NCBI GenBank assembly: GCA_035399765.1
Contig: DAOPJR010000002.1
Span: 14,696-78,695, forward strand
Source of the DNA: Draconibacterium sp.
Lineage (GTDB): Bacteria; Bacteroidota; Bacteroidia; Bacteroidales; Prolixibacteraceae
Length of the DNA: 64,000 nt
Direction: 5' to 3'
The stretch's first letter is position 1; every line of letters begins with the position of its first letter. The notes under the pieces are model-generated. The model searched no databases. It saw nothing but the letters and a program-made list of their open reading frames with translations, and was not told where the DNA came from. Of this stretch, positions 30,013 to 39,409 are shown piece after piece. The position numbers were made by a program, and so were the translations under genes.

Positions 30013-33000
30013 TCACTCAACTTTCTTATTTTTTGGAATTGTAAAATGCATGACTGTACCAGCGGGATGATTTTGTGTTGCCCATAAGGATCCGCCATTA
30101 AGGTGTACAAATTCTCTACAAATTAAGAGCCCAAGCCCAGTTCCAGATTCTCCCAAAGTTCCTGTTTCTCGATTCATTTTGGCAGTAAACAAATTTTCCA
30201 ATTGCGAATCTTTTATGCCAACACCTGAATCCGCAATGCTCACTGTTATTATTTGATCTTTTTCTTTTACCTCAATGAGAACCGAACTTCCTGTATAACT
30301 GAATTTAATCGCATTGCTTAATAGGTTTCGAATTACGGTGTTAATCATGTTCTCATCAGCAACTATATGTACCTTGGTCGGGAAAATACCCTTTATTTCA
30401 ATGTCTTTCTGTCTGGCAGTTTCCTTTAGTAAATCGATGTTTGTGGTTATCAGGTCACTTAAATTTATGTTTTTCGGATTGAGATCAATTTTATCGGCTT
30501 GCGTTCTCGACCATATTAATAGGTTTTCAAGCAAATTATACGTGTTTTCTGCACTTTTGTAGGCCAATGAAATATATTTATCTCTCATTTCCGGTTTAAT
30601 TTTTTCAGGAGTATTCAAGATTTTTAATATCCCCACAACTCCTGAAAAGGGACTTTTTAAATCATGGGAAATGATGGAGAAAAACTTATTTTTGGTTTGA
30701 TTGGCATCTTCGAGCATAGCATTTTTGATTTGCAGTTCCTGAGTGCGTTCTTTAACCATGGTCTCGAGAAGGACCTGATTTTTTCGAATAGCGCGAAATC
30801 TGATCCTAAAAATAATATATATAAGAAGCACAATTATAAAAAACATACTAATGTAGAAAGGAACTGTTTCCCAAAATGGAGGGATCACAGTGATCTGGAT
30901 GGAGGCTTTTGGGTTTGTCCATCTTCCATTCTGATCTGATGATTCAACGACTAATGTATAGTGTCCTTGTTTTAAATTGGTAAAGGTGGCAACATGTTCA
31001 TTTTGCGGATAAATCCAGGTCTTACTAAAGTTTTCCAGCTTGTATCTGAATTTCTGTTGTTCAGAGTTGATAAAATCCAGGGAAGTAAACCGAAACATTA
31101 CCATGCGGTTGTGGTAATTCAAACGTAACATGTATTGTCCGGATGAATCAATCCCGGGCACAAATTTTTCACCGTCGATAGTAATTTCGGTAATTACTGT
31201 TTTGGATGCAGGGATTTCAAGCTTTGAAACTTCGGAGGTATTAAAAAAATCTACTCCTTCATCACCGGCAAAATAAATCAGATTATCTGTAGATGCACAA
31301 GAAGATCGATCAGTATAACTGTTCGAAATCAGTCCGTTGACTGTAAAAAAATAGTTTATATTGAATTTAGGTTTCTCATCGTTCCAGGTATAGGTAATCT
31401 GTATGATTCCGTGTTTGGTACTTACCCAAATCTCACCTGGTTTTACTGATTCAATCGATGATATTGAGTTTGAAGATAGACTTCCTTCCACTTTTATGGG
31501 GTAAAAAGTTTTGGCTTTCGGAAGGTAAACATTCAATCCATCATTGGTGCCGGCCCATATTTTCCCTTCTGCGTCTTTCGTTACGAGTAAAACCGCATTG
31601 GAAGAAAGTGACATTGTATCTTCAGATTGGTTGTAAAAGCTGATGAATTTTTCAGTTATTATGTTCATTCTGCTTAATCCATAGGCGCTGGAAATCCATA
31701 AAATGCTATCTTTTCAAAAGTACTGTTATATACATATGGATTTGAAACACCGTTTTGTGGATGGGTCTCATCGCTCCCAAAAATCCGTGCGATTTTACTT
31801 TCCGGATTATATTTTACAAGCCCGATTCCGTGCATCGAAACCCACAGATTTCCATATTTATCTTCACTGATACCCCTGATATCTGCCTGATCGAGATTGG
31901 GTGTATCTTGTGTTTCCGTTTTTATTTCTGCCAGAGAGAATCCGCTTCCGTCGGCGTTCATTTTCTGTAGACCACTCTGCCAGCCTCCTGCCCATATTCT
32001 GTTTTTACTGTCAGCGAAAATACTCATTATCGTGCCAGTAGAATTACCACTGCTGGAGCTTAGGAAAAACTTTGTTTTCATTATCGGATCATAACTATGT
32101 TTTTCTATTAAGCCAGCTTCGTATCCCATCCATAAGTTATTATTATTATCGAATGTGATAGCAGTTACAAACTTCTCACTTAAATTGTAAGCAAGCGTTT
32201 CGGAAAACATAAAATGGCGGAAAGGAGTGTTTAAACCAAAATTTACTCCTTTTGTTCCGGAGGTACACCAAAGGTTTTTATTCGTATCAATAATGAAAAA
32301 ATCAATAGGTGTACGCACAATGCTAAGTATATCGCCCGGAATAGTCGCATACTGTAAATAGTTGCCATTGAATAGATTAATCCGAAAAAGGCCATTGTTG
32401 GTCCCAAGATAAGCGAGCGAATCACCGATAAAACTGAAATGTTTAAGACCGGAATTATCGATTCCTGTTTCATGCCGTTTTATCTTATCGTTCTGAGGAT
32501 TATAACTTATCATTCCGTTTTTATAACAGAGAATGTATAATTTATTTCCTGTAAAACTTAGTTGACCGATATCGAATTGAGAAATGGCGATTCCTCCCGG
32601 ATTTTCAAATTCAGAGGCTTTATACGATTGTGAATCCATTAAATACAGCCTCTCGGGAGTTAAAGATATCCAGATCTTTCCATCAGGTTGAACACAAAGG
32701 TGTTTAACCTCTGTATCCGGAATATTGCATCGACTGGGATTAATGTTACTTTCTTTGCCCGAGAGCCATGAGTATGTTTTCTCGTTTTTGTCGTAACACC
32801 CAAGGCCTAAGTTCGTTGCCAGCCAGAGTTTTCCGTTTAAACCATCGGCAAATTCGTTGATAACCGTTCCATTCCATTCCACAACCGGTATAAATTCGTC
32901 CTTTCGAAAATCGTAATACGAGACTCCCATGTCAGAGCCAATCCAAAGTCTGCCATCCTTGTCGGAATATATATTATGAATTTTATTCCACGGATGCTTT

Positions 33001-33230
33001 TGTCCCTGATCGTTTTTGTATTCTTTAAATTGATGTCCGTCGAAACGAGTAAGGTTGAATTCACCGGCCAGCCAGATAAATCCAACTGAATCCTGGGCTA
33101 TTTGTTTGATATTGGTTTCATTCAAGCCATTTTCTTGTCCGAAATGGTAAAATGCGATTTCAGAAAATAAATTTAAAGGGGTCAGTGATAAAATGATTAA
33201 TAAAAATAATACTACTAAACTCTTTAGCAT
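30013..33230 (-). pseudogene. Beta-propeller/Y_Y_Y sensor histidine kinase split by a 1-nt deletion at ~31711-31716
   Basis: ORFs 31674..33230 (signal peptide, Reg_prop repeats) and 30013..31668 (repeats, YKLENF Y_Y_Y, TM, SHDLKSPF HisKA, NAIKF/DSGVG/GTGLGL HATPase) join if one base is added: ...TF(D/E)KDSILWISSAYGLSRMNIITEKF; may be a sequencing error. Confidence 0.8.
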
Positions 33231-33503
33231 CTAATGTTATTATTTCACTGATCTAGATTACGAAAATAGAATTATTATCTAAAGTTACAATTGATTCAGG
33301 AAGTTTTGATTTATCTGTCAGTATTTTTGATTGGTTCTGTATTAATCTTAAATGAAAGTTCTGAACTCAAAATCGAAAACAAAAAAGGTATGAACAGATA
33401 GCGGGAAGCGTAAATACTGGCTGGTTTTTGAAATTATTCTGTATGTCTAACCTCAAAATAGAATGGATGTTCTATTTTTATATTGATAATAAAAGATGTT
33501 GGT

Positions 33504-34931
33504 ATGATTTTAAATTTCACAGGTAAAAGAGCGCTTCTAATAATCATAACAATAAAACTCAGTCTGTTTTCTATCCTTCTTTTGTCGGCACAGGAGCTAA
33601 AATGGTCCGGGCCTTCCGTCGATTTTTCACACGGTAAGTTACAGGTTTCAGACAACCACCGCTTTATTGAGTTTGAAGATGGTACTCCGTTTTTTTACCT
33701 GGGCGACACTGCCTGGGAGTTGTTTCACCGGCTTTCGAAAGAAGATGCAATAAAGTATCTGGAAAACCGACGGGAAAAAGGTTTTACAGTGATTCAGGCG
33801 GTCATACTTGCCGAACTGGATGGTCTGAACACACCAAACATGGAAGGGCAAAAACCTTTGATTGACAATGACCCGACTGAACTAAATGAGGCCTATTTTA
33901 AACATGTGGATTGGGTAATTCAAAAAGCCGAAGAAATGGGAATATTTATTGGTTTACTGCCAACCTGGGGTGATAAAATTGACAAACAGTGGGGAGTTGG
34001 CCCTGTTATTTTTAATGCTGAGAATGCAAAAATTTATGGCGAAATCCTTGGAGACCGGTATAAAGATTTCAAAAATATTATATGGATTAACGGCGGTGAC
34101 CGTCAGGGAGGAGGAGATAATTTTGCAGTTTGGAATGCGTTAGCGAAGGGAATAAAATCGAAAGATAAAAACCACCTGATGACTTATCATCCGTGGGGAG
34201 AAAGTAGCTCATCGCAGTGGTTTCAGGATGCAGACTGGCTTGATTTCAATATGATGCAAACCGGACATGGACAGCGTTCGTATGCTATTTATAAACGATT
34301 GTTGACACCTGATTACATTCGCTTTCCAGTGAAACCAGCATTTGATGGGGAGCCTCGTTATGAAGACCATCCGTGTGCTTGGAAACCTGAAATTCTTGGC
34401 TGGTTCGACGATGCAGATGTACGTCAGGCTTGTTATTGGAACCTTTTTACCGGAGGTTTTGGACATACTTATGGTTGTCATGCTATCTGGCAAATGCTGG
34501 CTCCCGGGCGTGAACCGGTTGGATTGGCACGAAATTTTTGGTACGACGATCTTGATCTGCCCGGTGCGTGGGACATGATTCATGCAAGAAAGTTGATTGA
34601 ATCGAGGCCCTTTACAGAACGTATTCCATTTCAGCAAATCATAAAAAATGACTATGTTCCCGAAACCGATTATATCGTGGCTACGCGCGGAAATGATTAT
34701 GTGATGGTATATATTCCTACCGGCTGGGAAGCTTCTCTTGATCTGAAACTTTGTGGCTGGGAACGGTCGAAAGTTTGGTGGTACAACTGCCGGACTGGCG
34801 AAACAATAGATGGAGGAGAAATACAAAATGAGAATTTAAAAACGTTTAAACCTGCAACCGGTGGACGCGGAAACGATTGGGTGCTGGTTCTTGATAATGC
34901 AGATAAAAACTTTGGGATTCCCGGAAAATAA
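33504..34931 (+). CDS. Glycoside hydrolase family 140 (apiosidase-like, DUF4038 + C-terminal domain)
   Basis: DGTPFFYLGDTAWE, KGFTVIQAV, LLPTWG, WINGGDR, MTYHP, WLDFNMMQTGH, DGEPRYEDH, GHTYG, DWVLVL; N-terminal signal. Confidence 0.85.
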   Translation: MILNFTGKRALLIIITIKLSLFSILLLSAQELKWSGPSVDFSHGKLQVSDNHRFIEFEDGTPFFYLGDTAWELFHRLSKEDAIKYLENRREKGFTVIQAVILAELDGLNTPNMEGQKPLIDNDPTELNEAYFKHVDWVIQKAEEMGIFIGLLPTWGDKIDKQWGVGPVIFNAENAKIYGEILGDRYKDFKNIIWINGGDRQGGGDNFAVWNALAKGIKSKDKNHLMTYHPWGESSSSQWFQDADWLDFNMMQTGHGQRSYAIYKRLLTPDYIRFPVKPAFDGEPRYEDHPCAWKPEILGWFDDADVRQACYWNLFTGGFGHTYGCHAIWQMLAPGREPVGLARNFWYDDLDLPGAWDMIHARKLIESRPFTERIPFQQIIKNDYVPETDYIVATRGNDYVMVYIPTGWEASLDLKLCGWERSKVWWYNCRTGETIDGGEIQNENLKTFKPATGGRGNDWVLVLDNADKNFGIPGK

Positions 34932-34940
34932 AAATTTAAA

Positions 34941-35930
34941 ATGAAGAAAATACATTTTTTGCTTGTGTTGCTGGTTATATTTCTGGCAGCTTGTGACTCT
35001 GAAAAAAACGAGAAAATCAAAATCATCATCGATTCGGATGCCAATAACGAGTTGGACGATCAACATGCACTTGCCTATGCTTTTCTGAATCCCGATGTAT
35101 TTGATGTGGTTGGTGTTACGGTGAATAATACCGACAATGGCTATGGAATTCGCGGGCAATACGATGAAGCCGAGCGAATTATTCAATTGTTTAACCTGGA
35201 AGATCAGGTGCCGCTTTTTATGGGAGCAACCAATGATTACGAAGAAATTGCCCCACACATTAACGAAGCCGATTTTGATGGCAAACCGGCAGTAGATTTT
35301 ATTGTTTCGGAAGCCATGAAGCAGGATAAAGGCAAATTGGTTCTGGCACCAATCGGGAAGTTGACCAACATTGCTTTGGCAATTTTGAAAGAGCCAAAAA
35401 TTGTGGACAAGGTAAAAGTAGTGTGGCTGGGAGGAAATTATCCGTCACCGGGTGAGTACAACCTTGTGAATGATATTACGGCCGTTAATCCGGTAATTGA
35501 ATCGGGTGTTGAATTTGAAATGGTAACGGTTCGCTATGGTCAGCCAACAGCAACCGATGCAGTTAGGGTTACACCCGAAGAAGTGGATAAGTACATGGCA
35601 GGGAAAGGTCCGCTTTCAAAAATGACGATCACCGGACGACACGGTGGTGAATTCAATCGTTTTGGAGACTACTCCAAAAACCTTTTTGATCACGCTGAAA
35701 TGAATAGTTATCCGCCTTCACGTCCGTTATTTGATATGGTTGTGATCGCAATTCTGAAAAATCCAAAGTGGGGTACAAAACATGAAATTCCGGCGCCAAA
35801 ACTAATTCAGCAGGCCTGGGAGGACCAACCTGACAACCCACACAAAATTGTGTATTGGGATGGTTTCAACCGCGATGGAATTGTAAATGATTTATTCACC
35901 AAAATGGAAGAAGCGACTCCGAAAAATTAG
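34941..35930 (+). CDS. Nucleoside hydrolase (IU-NH family) lipoprotein
   Basis: LAAC lipobox; IIDSDANNELDDQHA Ca-binding motif, IGKLTNIA, WLGG, EYNL, LFD. Confidence 0.85.
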   Translation: MKKIHFLLVLLVIFLAACDSEKNEKIKIIIDSDANNELDDQHALAYAFLNPDVFDVVGVTVNNTDNGYGIRGQYDEAERIIQLFNLEDQVPLFMGATNDYEEIAPHINEADFDGKPAVDFIVSEAMKQDKGKLVLAPIGKLTNIALAILKEPKIVDKVKVVWLGGNYPSPGEYNLVNDITAVNPVIESGVEFEMVTVRYGQPTATDAVRVTPEEVDKYMAGKGPLSKMTITGRHGGEFNRFGDYSKNLFDHAEMNSYPPSRPLFDMVVIAILKNPKWGTKHEIPAPKLIQQAWEDQPDNPHKIVYWDGFNRDGIVNDLFTKMEEATPKN

Positions 35931-35942
35931 TGATAATGTTGG

Positions 35943-36692
35943 ATGCAGAAAATTAAAAAACAGCTTGAGCTTTTACTAATCAGTTATTTTCGGGACTGTT
36001 ATCCTGCTTTCCCAAAAGGTAGGATGCTGCTTTCTGAATCACCTGATTTTATTGTTCGTGCGAAGCACAGTAAGAAAATTGGGATTGAGTTGGTCCGTTT
36101 ATTTCCTGAAGCCCCATCTCATTCGACTGAAGAAAGTAAATCGGAAAAATTGCGATTTGAGCTTATCGAAATAACTAAGGAATTGTTTGAGCGTTCCTCT
36201 TCGCCGAAATGTTTTGTCAAGATTCTGTTTTCCGAAAAGAAAAAGATAGGTGAAGAACGTATTTTAGCGCTTGCTGCACAGCTTGCCAATTTGCTCAGGG
36301 TAAAACTTTCGAATAAAAACGAGCGAAGTTTTTTTGTTTATCACTTTTCCTCGAAAGAACTTCCTGAAGGGATTGATGAGGTACTGGTAATTCATCACCC
36401 AAAAATAAGCGAATCGTTATGGGAAGAAGTTAACAACTCAGGTATTTCAGAGGATATTGAAGCCGATCTTCATCGCCTGATTCAGAAAAAGGAAGAAAAG
36501 ATGTACCTCTACAGGAAGCAACAACTGGATGAATACTGGTTGCTGATCACCGGTGATTTACTCCGGAATACCCGAAATTCAAATATATCCAACTTTATTC
36601 TCAATGAAAAAGAGTCAGCTTTCCAGCGAATTCTGTTTTTTGATTTAATGAAGTCGAAAGTAATCGAATTAAAAATGCCATCCTCCGGGTAG
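35943..36692 (+). CDS. Hypothetical protein, possible PD-(D/E)XK nuclease fold
   Basis: 249-aa ORF; SESPDFIV...KIGIELVRL motif and KKEEK..Y...DEYWLLI C-terminal pattern. Confidence 0.55.
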   Translation: MQKIKKQLELLLISYFRDCYPAFPKGRMLLSESPDFIVRAKHSKKIGIELVRLFPEAPSHSTEESKSEKLRFELIEITKELFERSSSPKCFVKILFSEKKKIGEERILALAAQLANLLRVKLSNKNERSFFVYHFSSKELPEGIDEVLVIHHPKISESLWEEVNNSGISEDIEADLHRLIQKKEEKMYLYRKQQLDEYWLLITGDLLRNTRNSNISNFILNEKESAFQRILFFDLMKSKVIELKMPSSG

Positions 36693-36724
36693 AAAGATGG
36701 CATATATTTTATTGAAGTGTTTAC

Positions 36725-38002
36725 TTAGTTCACGATAGCGGCAATAGCTGCTCCGAGCAAACTTGAGTTTTCAACTTCTACAATTTCGTAAAAACGTTGA
36801 TTTTCTCCCGACAGGAAGTTTTTCAGGTATTTTTCGAATTGCGATCTAAATCCGTGCAATTTATAGAAAGTAGTTCCCTCAATAGTCATCAGTACGGGTT
36901 TCTCATGTGTTTTTGCCTTACCGCTTTTCAGGATTACGGCAGCCAGGTTGGCAGCAACCAGTTTGGCTGCACGGTCAATCAGTCCATCGATAATTTCGGC
37001 AGCAAGAAGTTTATCCGACTGGTCGGTGAATACACCCGGCAATACACTTTTTGCATCATCAATTCCATACACATATTTGTTTACCTGTTCGGTGCTCAGT
37101 TCTTCCAGATTCTCAAAAATTTCAGGATCAGCGAAAACACCTTCTTTTGCTGCGGTTTTTAATGCAGTTGTACACAACCCCCCGAAGTAACCTCCGGCAA
37201 ACATTTTTTCAAAGGCATAACGTCCCGGGTTTTTTGTAGTGTTGTCAAAAGCAAGATCAATATCAGTACGCGGCATTTTGGCAAAAGCACCTGATTCAAT
37301 ATTGATGATTTGGTTGCCGTCCATATCCAGCCCATCGGTTTTGGTGATCTTTTTATTGGCTTCGATATAAGCGGTGTTGGTTCCTGTGCCTAAAATGTAA
37401 CCAATGTATGTATCGTAGCTTTTTACAGCCCGTGCAGCTTTTCCGGCCAGCAGAGTCGAAACAGTATCGTTCATCAGTACAATTTGTTTCTCAGGCGTTC
37501 CCATGGCAGCCAGTAGTTCGTGACCAACCATTTGTCCGATCACTTCAGGTGCTTTAATTTCTTTACTCCACTCAAGCAGTTTCCCGTCTTTACTCGGGAA
37601 AATCTCGGCAGCGTACGAAAAACAAAATCCGATTTTGTCTGAAACTGATTTATAGTCTTTGAGGTAAGTGGCAAGAGTGTTAAAAAAGGCTTCTTTCGAG
37701 AGTTCTTCTTCCACACCAGGCATTTTCCCTTTTTGAATGTTTTCAGTAATCAGTTTCAGGTTATCATCGAAATATACTTTGGCAGCCCTGAAGTTTGTGC
37801 CCCCGGCATCGACTGCTACTACAGGCTCGTTGGCTTTTACTTCACCGTCCGCTTCAATATACGTAGGCAGCATTAAAAGTGAACTTTCTTCACCTGCCAG
37901 TCCTTTTTCCATTTCGATTAAAAAAGAATTGACCACCTCTTTCATGTTAATACTGTCGGCAGTCATTTTGTGTGCTTTTAAAAAGTCAATTGCTTTGCTC
38001 AT
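36725..38002 (-). CDS. Hexokinase (eukaryote-type hexokinase family)
   Basis: MLPTY, VDAGGTNFR, GFCFSY, WSKE, NDTVSTL, ILGTGTN, INIESG, FEKMFAGGY, LLGAAIAA. Confidence 0.9.
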   Translation of the reverse strand: MSKAIDFLKAHKMTADSINMKEVVNSFLIEMEKGLAGEESSLLMLPTYIEADGEVKANEPVVAVDAGGTNFRAAKVYFDDNLKLITENIQKGKMPGVEEELSKEAFFNTLATYLKDYKSVSDKIGFCFSYAAEIFPSKDGKLLEWSKEIKAPEVIGQMVGHELLAAMGTPEKQIVLMNDTVSTLLAGKAARAVKSYDTYIGYILGTGTNTAYIEANKKITKTDGLDMDGNQIINIESGAFAKMPRTDIDLAFDNTTKNPGRYAFEKMFAGGYFGGLCTTALKTAAKEGVFADPEIFENLEELSTEQVNKYVYGIDDAKSVLPGVFTDQSDKLLAAEIIDGLIDRAAKLVAANLAAVILKSGKAKTHEKPVLMTIEGTTFYKLHGFRSQFEKYLKNFLSGENQRFYEIVEVENSSLLGAAIAAIVN

Positions 38003-38030
38003 TTATTAGGTTTTTTTATGGTTATAATAA

Positions 38031-39188
38031 TTAAGTATTGAATTCTCTGATGGCATCGAGCATGGCTACAAAATTCTCGATGGGTACGTTTGCCGGTATA
38101 TTTCCGGAAGTGTTGAATACAAAACCTCCGTTTCTTGCCAGAATCTCACATCGTTGCAGGAGTTCTTTACGAACGTCCTCCGGTTTTCCTGTCAGCATGG
38201 TACCTTGCGTATTTAGCCCTCCTCCCCAGAAAACCAGGTCGCGGCCATAATTCTTTTTGAGTATGGAAAGATCAGTGCTTTCGCTGCCTTCTGATAAATG
38301 CAGTATATCGAAACCAGCACGTATAATCCTGTCGATTGCATCATTAGCAAAAACTCCTGTATGTTTCATGCTTAGCCAGGAAGTATTATCGTGGATCCAG
38401 TCGTTAAGTTTTTGATAATAAGGAAATAAAATGCCATCCAGTTTCTCGGAATGTGTTGTGCTGTGGGATGCGAAGCTTTTTTTACAAAACAGCACTGCAT
38501 TGACTTTGTTGCCAACAGCAGAATAAATCTTCTGAAGGTTTTCAATGGTGATTTCGGCTTCTGAATTCAATTGTTTTTCCAAATTTTCGCCACTCAGTTT
38601 TACCAGCTCTTCCATGTTTCCCGGAGTAGTAATTCCAAAGTCGGCAACCACTGCTTTTCCTGAATAATAAGCTTTATCTACCTCAATTCGCCAGTGGTCC
38701 AAATCCTGAGATCGTAATGTAATCCTTGGAATTTCGTTGTATGAATGTTCCTGACTTCTTTCAAACGAAAAACCGTTTTTTGACATTTTAGCACAGACGG
38801 GTTGAGTCAGATCGCCCTGTGAGTGCATTAACAAGTCGCCATTTGAATCTTTATTGGTTTGAAACTGATAAGGCACCATAACACGCTGTCCCCAGGGAGT
38901 TTTCCACTCAATAAACGGTGCATGGTTGTTAAATCCAAATACATTGTTCCTGCTCCAGGCTCCAACCACATCTATCCCAATGGAATCAATCATTTCCCAA
39001 CCCACTTCACCCAACATTTGAAAAGGTTCCATAATTCGGATTGGATTTCTCAATAGTCCGTAATGGCGGCGCAGATTTGAAATGGTTTGAACATGGATTC
39101 CGGTGAGTGCTGTGGCTCCAAAGTCCAACACCAAACGTCCCGGGTCACGATGTTCAGTGGATATTAAAAAAGCTTCTCTTGAATTCAT
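38031..39188 (-). CDS. UroD/MtaA-CmuA family protein, degenerate
   Basis: MNSRE...H..P.R...DFG, EPFQMLG, LVFWGGGLNTQ, GGFVFN...N.P.EN..AM; expected HxCG reads HTG. Confidence 0.75.
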   Translation of the reverse strand: MNSREAFLISTEHRDPGRLVLDFGATALTGIHVQTISNLRRHYGLLRNPIRIMEPFQMLGEVGWEMIDSIGIDVVGAWSRNNVFGFNNHAPFIEWKTPWGQRVMVPYQFQTNKDSNGDLLMHSQGDLTQPVCAKMSKNGFSFERSQEHSYNEIPRITLRSQDLDHWRIEVDKAYYSGKAVVADFGITTPGNMEELVKLSGENLEKQLNSEAEITIENLQKIYSAVGNKVNAVLFCKKSFASHSTTHSEKLDGILFPYYQKLNDWIHDNTSWLSMKHTGVFANDAIDRIIRAGFDILHLSEGSESTDLSILKKNYGRDLVFWGGGLNTQGTMLTGKPEDVRKELLQRCEILARNGGFVFNTSGNIPANVPIENFVAMLDAIREFNT

Positions 39189-39308
39189 ATTTACCAGCTT
39201 GTTTTATTTACATGAGTTTGCTCGACTAAGATAAAGACATCTGCTTTATTCTGAAAGAACCTATCTTATTTATGCTTTCAAATATATTATTTTAAGTCAT
39301 TCATATTT

Positions 39309-39368
39309 GGGATAAATCAGCAAATGTTAGGGAAAATAGGGCAACTAACTTCCGGGAAATCTTCAAAC
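39309..39368 (+). promoter_or_regulatory. Direct repeats GGGA(A/T)A, candidate AraC-type operator upstream of the hybrid sensor
   Basis: Copies at 39309, 39330 (21-nt period) and 39354; same motif upstream of the neighbouring esterase. Confidence 0.45.
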
Positions 39369-39409
39369 TTTTACAGACCATTATCGTATTTTTTTAAAAA
39401 CTGCAGACC

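Noticed and set aside
34209-34826. 205-aa antisense ORF in GH140
   Set aside because: Shadow ORF with no motifs
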